Origin: SAR86 cluster bacterium SAR86B
GTDB lineage: Bacteria > Pseudomonadota > Gammaproteobacteria > Magnimaribacterales > Magnimaribacteraceae
NCBI GenBank assembly: GCA_905182235.1
Contig: CAJJAM010000017.1
Span: forward strand, 11,362-75,361
Direction of reading: 5' to 3'
DNA length: 64,000 nt
Shown here one piece after another: positions 58,395-64,000 of this stretch; positions within the stretch are counted from its first letter, which is position 1; each line of letters begins with the position of its first letter. The position numbers were made by a program, and so were the translations under genes. The notes under the pieces are model-generated. The model did not search any database. It had not been told where the DNA came from and saw only the letters and a program-made list of their open reading frames with translations.

Positions 58395-58438
58395 GTAGCG
58401 CTGAATTAAAAAATCTGTAAAATTTAACTTAGCGCTAC
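58395..58438. repeat. Inverted repeat GTAGCGCT-N28-AGCGCTAC upstream of katG
   Basis: It has 8-bp perfect arms, extendable to about 15 bp with 2 mismatches, and ends 42 nt before the katG ATG. Confidence 0.8.
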
Positions 58439-58468
58439 CAGACTATAAATAAAATATTTTAATACTAG

Positions 58469-60610
<2,142 letters not shown>

Positions 60611-60621
60611 TCTGAAGAACT

Positions 60622-60662
60622 AAAAAGGGCTCCTGTTTTATTGAATAGTAGCCCTTTTTTTT
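60622..60662. terminator. Possible bidirectional intrinsic terminator between the convergent katG and pnuC-family genes
   Basis: AAAAAGGGCT-N18-AGCCCTTTTTTTTT has only a 5-bp GC-rich stem, flanked by an A-run and a T-run. It overlaps the last codons of the minus-strand gene. Confidence 0.3.
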
Positions 60663-61201
60663 ATCTTGAGCTTTTCTCTATTCCACGACCTGTAACCGAA
60701 ATAAATAATAACTAGATATCCTGCGAACAGTAAAGCCGTCAAATTTAAATCTCTAGATAAGAATAAAAATATAGAAATAAAATCTATTACAAACCAATAA
60801 ATCCAATTCTCTATTAATTTCTTAGCTACCATGTAAGTAGCAACAACAGCACCCCAAGTAGTGAGAGCGTCAAAGAATGGCAAAGCTGCATCAGTATATT
60901 CTTCAAGAACAAAACCAGAAGATAAAGAAAGTACTAAGATTAGACTTATTGCTTTGAAGTGATTTAACTTATTCCAACTCCTTACAATAAATTTGGACTC
61001 ATTTGATTTCCATTGAGACCATCCGTAAAAACCCATGACTATATAGAAAATTTGTAAGTAGGCTTCCATGTACAAACCAGCTGAATACATTATGAAAAAA
61101 TACAAAAAAGAACTCACGATGGCCGCCAACCAACAAAGAATATTCTGCTTCACAGCCAATACCAAATAAAGTATCGCCAGAAAAACAGCAATGATTTCCA
61201 A
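60638..61201 (-). CDS. PnuC-family transporter, likely the thiamine-specific PnuT subtype
   Basis: 187 aa with about 7 TM segments and PnuC-like W-rich motifs (GWSQW, TWGAV, NWIYW). It lies 20 nt downstream of a TPP-riboswitch-controlled TonB receptor gene. Confidence 0.8.
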   Translation of the reverse strand: MEIIAVFLAILYLVLAVKQNILCWLAAIVSSFLYFFIMYSAGLYMEAYLQIFYIVMGFYGWSQWKSNESKFIVRSWNKLNHFKAISLILVLSLSSGFVLEEYTDAALPFFDALTTWGAVVATYMVAKKLIENWIYWFVIDFISIFLFLSRDLNLTALLFAGYLVIIYFGYRSWNREKLKIKKRATIQ

Positions 61202-61221
61202 TTTAACGGTTGTTGATAAAA

Positions 61222-63333
61222 TTAAAAATCATATCGTAGAGAAACTCCAGAATGTCTTGGGTCTCCATGTCTTTCATAAAGCGTATCTTGAAAGTTGGGG
61301 GGTTCATTACCAAAATAAAACCCTCTTACTGAGTAGTACTTATCAAATGCATTTCTTACCCATAACTCTGCGTTCCATTGATCCGCTTGATAACCTAAAC
61401 TTAGATTAGTTAAAGAATAAGATTTTGATTGTTTATCATGTGAATCAGAGTAGTAAAAACTGCTTTTTCCCGTCACATCTAATCTTACATAGTAATTCTG
61501 AGCTGGATTCCAATTCAAACCGACTGCGTAGCTTCTCTTAGGGGCATGAGCTTGAGCTCTGCCTTCAAGATCAGCCCTAGACTTCCAGTTTTTAATTTCA
61601 GTTTCCAATAAGGCCAGGTTAGCAAAAACGTTTAAGTTCTCGTTCAAGTCCATAGTCATATTGACCTCCAATCCATAATTAACTCCCTCTGCCGCATTTT
61701 TAGTTAAAAAGGAAAAAGTATTTGGATCAGAAGGATCTACCTGTGTCGATACAAGCACTTGTTGGTCTTCCCTGTCAGAGTAAAACATCACGGCAGAAAA
61801 ATTTATCCTTGAATACATTGCCTTTGAATTTATGCCCAATTCATAATTGGTAAGGTATTCAGGGTCATACAAAAGATTGTTATTTAAAGAATCCGATGCG
61901 AGACCCAAGCCTAGATTGAAACCTCCTTGTTTATAGCCTTTAGCAATACTTACAAAAATATTTGTGTCATTTTCTATTTTTTTAATCAGAGATATCTTTC
62001 CTCCAGACATGTGATTCGATGGATTGAACTCATCCCCAAAAGTATCTAAATATTCTGACTCCCAATCCTCCCATCTCACCCCTAAAGATAATTTTATAGT
62101 CTCAGATAATAAATAATCTATATTGCTAAATATAGAGAAGTTTTCTGACTTATAGTTGCTCGAAGAAGAAGATGAACTGGCATAAGGCCCATAAGGATCA
62201 GATGGATCTCCATAATTTCCATCATCTTTTTTTAGATTATATTCCTTAATTTCTAAGTAACTAACTCCAAAAACCCATTCAATTTTTTTATTTCTATTTA
62301 AATCAGCTTCATCCGAAACCAACCTAAATTCTTGACCAAAAGTCTTTCTATCTCTAAGTGTCTCAGAAAAGTAGTCATATATAAATGGACTCCAAGAGGC
62401 TTCATTCCCCCAATCTGCATCATAACTAAAGATGACATCAGTATCAGTAGAACTTGTTAAGCTTTGTAATTCAAAACCTTCGAGATCTTGAAATATTTTT
62501 AGACCATACGAGCTTGTTTTTTGAGAGTCCATTCCCGGTCTATCTGAAAGAGTATTTAAACTTCCATCAAGAGTCCAAATATCTGCAGGATCGTTTAGAT
62601 CCACACGTGATACTAATAATTTGATGGTTGTTTTTTCAGAAGGCTCCCAATTTATTTTTAATCTACCTGTAGATTCATCTTTTCTTGAAGTGTCTGATTG
62701 CTTCAAGTAAAGGTTTTTTCTAAAGCCGTCTGCTTTATCTTTTCGAAAAGCAAGCCGATAAGAAATACTCTCGTTTTCTTTAAAAGGACCTCCAAACGCT
62801 AAGCCAGTGCTTTTTACCCCATAAGAACCCAAAGTTATTTCACTATTTGCTTCAAACACATCTGTAGGGTCTTTAGTTCTTATATATATCAAGCCAGCCA
62901 AGGCATTTGCTCCAATTCTAGAGCCTTGAGGGCCACGATGGATTTCAATTTGCTCTACATCAAAGGTGGTAGCTATTCCTCCTTGCCCTGAATAGTCAAT
63001 ATCATCAATGAGAAATCCAACAGAAGAATTGGGCGTTCCTTGATACCCAGATCTTTCACCAATTCCTCTAATTTGAAAATATCTAGCTCTGGAGTCACTA
63101 GCCGCAAAATTTAAATTCGGAACGAGATAAGAGAGCTGTTCAAAGTGTTGCATTGATTGAGACTTAATTGTTTGTGCATCAAGCAAAACAACACTTGAGT
63201 CTTCTTGGCCTGCTGAAACTTGTCTCCAGTCTCCAAGAACAACAATTTCTTCGAGAGTTTCAGAAACTATTTCTCTACTAAATAAAGAAAGAAAGAAAAG
63301 AGTTAAGATAAAAGTTCTATTTTGAGTAAACAT
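61222..63333 (-). CDS. TonB-dependent outer-membrane receptor (riboswitch-controlled; candidate thiamine/precursor receptor)
   Basis: 703 aa with a signal peptide, a TonB-box-like EEIVVLG, a plug domain (IEIHRGPQGS..GANALAG), a beta-barrel, and a terminal ...SLRYDF. Confidence 0.92.
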   Translation of the reverse strand: MFTQNRTFILTLFFLSLFSREIVSETLEEIVVLGDWRQVSAGQEDSSVVLLDAQTIKSQSMQHFEQLSYLVPNLNFAASDSRARYFQIRGIGERSGYQGTPNSSVGFLIDDIDYSGQGGIATTFDVEQIEIHRGPQGSRIGANALAGLIYIRTKDPTDVFEANSEITLGSYGVKSTGLAFGGPFKENESISYRLAFRKDKADGFRKNLYLKQSDTSRKDESTGRLKINWEPSEKTTIKLLVSRVDLNDPADIWTLDGSLNTLSDRPGMDSQKTSSYGLKIFQDLEGFELQSLTSSTDTDVIFSYDADWGNEASWSPFIYDYFSETLRDRKTFGQEFRLVSDEADLNRNKKIEWVFGVSYLEIKEYNLKKDDGNYGDPSDPYGPYASSSSSSSNYKSENFSIFSNIDYLLSETIKLSLGVRWEDWESEYLDTFGDEFNPSNHMSGGKISLIKKIENDTNIFVSIAKGYKQGGFNLGLGLASDSLNNNLLYDPEYLTNYELGINSKAMYSRINFSAVMFYSDREDQQVLVSTQVDPSDPNTFSFLTKNAAEGVNYGLEVNMTMDLNENLNVFANLALLETEIKNWKSRADLEGRAQAHAPKRSYAVGLNWNPAQNYYVRLDVTGKSSFYYSDSHDKQSKSYSLTNLSLGYQADQWNAELWVRNAFDKYYSVRGFYFGNEPPNFQDTLYERHGDPRHSGVSLRYDF

Positions 63334-63337
63334 GCAA

Positions 63338-63412
63338 TTCCTCCGCCATTATTGTATGGATCAGGTTCAAAGGGTTTCTTCTCAGATCTCAGGTCAATGA
63401 CCGCCCCTTTAC
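63338..63412 (-). promoter_or_regulatory. TPP (THI-box) riboswitch
   Basis: The minus-strand RNA reads AGGGGCGGUCAUUGACCUGAGAUCUGAGAAGAAACCCUUUGAACCUGAUCCAUACAAUAAUGGCGGAGGAA, followed by UUGC and AUG. It contains the hallmark GGGG...CUGAGA...ACCC..UGAACCUGAUC.(stem).AAU.(stem)GCG.AGG elements. The SD-like GGAGGA lies in the 3' end of the aptamer. Boundaries are approximate. Confidence 0.85.
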
Positions 63413-63540
63413 ATTAATGGTTATGTTATTGATCTCTGAATAAAAGTCTAGATAGTTTTAAATTATTTCTAAAGTATGTTTTATTTCTTCGGCAACCTTC
63501 TTTAAGATACCTGCCTTTAAAACAATACCTCAAGAAATTA

Positions 63541-64000
63541 ATGACAGAACTAAGGATAGAAGATTTATTAAGTGCAGATGAATACGATAAAAAAAGAAAT
63601 GAGCTTCTATCGATAGCTAATTCTGAAAATGAATTAAGAACTGTACACATAGGTAATAGCGTAAGTTTATTGTTTGAAAATAAAGAAACAGTTCAAAACA
63701 AACTGCAAGAAGTTCTAAGGAATGAGAATGTCATTCACTCTGAGGGAATTCAAGAGAAGCTTTCTATCTATAAGTTGCTCTTGCCAAATACAAATAATCT
63801 CAAGGCTAGTATGTCTATAAATTCTGATGAAGAAGAAAAGCTAAATTTTCCTGTTGAAGAAAAAAAAGGAATCGATAAAAAGGTTTGGATTCAAATAGGA
63901 GAAAACGACAGAGTCTTTGGCAGTTCATCTACGAATTTAAAACATGCTGATGTTAAAGATTATGAAAGGGTCTTTGTTCTAGAATTTGATTTAAGCAATC
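63541..64000 (+). CDS. DUF3501 family protein (partial; runs off the window end)
   Basis: The frame is open from the ATG at 63541 to the window edge. MTELRIEDLLSADEY...LLFENKETVQNKLQEVLRNE...GIQEKLSIY..L.P....LKASM matches the DUF3501 pattern as I recall it. Confidence 0.65.
   Translation, partial: MTELRIEDLLSADEYDKKRNELLSIANSENELRTVHIGNSVSLLFENKETVQNKLQEVLRNENVIHSEGIQEKLSIYKLLLPNTNNLKASMSINSDEEEKLNFPVEEKKGIDKKVWIQIGENDRVFGSSSTNLKHADVKDYERVFVLEFDLSN

Noticed and set aside
60638-61201. The default reading of the PnuC-family gene is a nicotinamide riboside transporter.
   Set aside because: It is not rejected outright, but it is less likely than a thiamine-type PnuT. The gene sits in the same transcription unit as a TPP-riboswitch-controlled TonB receptor, and no nadR or NAD-salvage genes are adjacent.
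63426-63650. A 74-aa minus-strand ORF lies upstream of the riboswitch.
   Set aside because: It overlaps the start of the plus-strand DUF3501 gene, which has a recognisable family pattern. Its translation is Ser/Leu/Phe-rich with no motif, and it would sit upstream of the riboswitch with no function.

Overview
This is an AT-rich, very tightly packed 64-kb chromosomal window with about 60 protein genes. Many neighbours are 0-20 nt apart or overlap. Gene order is typical of Gammaproteobacteria: trxA-rho, aroQ-accB-accC, leuS-lptE-holA, proA-nadD-rsfS-rlmH-mrdA-rodA-mltB-dacA, and parE-parC. The compaction and the content (TonB receptor, P450, dehalogenase-like and carotenoid-oxygenase-like enzymes, many hydrolases and oxidoreductases) suggest a streamlined marine gammaproteobacterium, but that placement is inference only.

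Most of the window is core housekeeping: Rho, thioredoxin, IlvD, acetyl-CoA carboxylase, LeuRS, the elongasome, topoisomerase IV, KatG, MutM and CoaD. By eye I found no rRNA, tRNA, CRISPR array, transposase, integrase, phage gene or recognisable defence system.

The parts worth a second look are:
- a clear TPP (THI-box) riboswitch in front of a TonB-dependent receptor and a PnuC-family transporter, probably a two-membrane thiamine salvage module;
- a five-gene, translationally coupled operon of peroxiredoxin, cytochrome P450, a 364-aa unknown protein, an ACAD10/11- or LvaA-type kinase and a 151-aa helical unknown protein, with no redox partner;
- a single 346-aa polypeptide made of three QueD/PTPS (T-fold) repeats whose catalytic motifs are split between repeats;
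- a carotenoid/stilbene-oxygenase cluster with tandem alpha/beta-hydrolase paralogs, one cytoplasmic and one exported;
- a head-to-head overlap of a PCu(A)C copper chaperone gene with a stand-alone DsbD-alpha domain gene;
- an unusually long (~400 bp) AT-rich intergenic region with a 12-2-12 palindrome and a 39-codon hydrophobic ORF.

All family assignments come from motifs read in the supplied translations. No database search, fold prediction or statistic was run.
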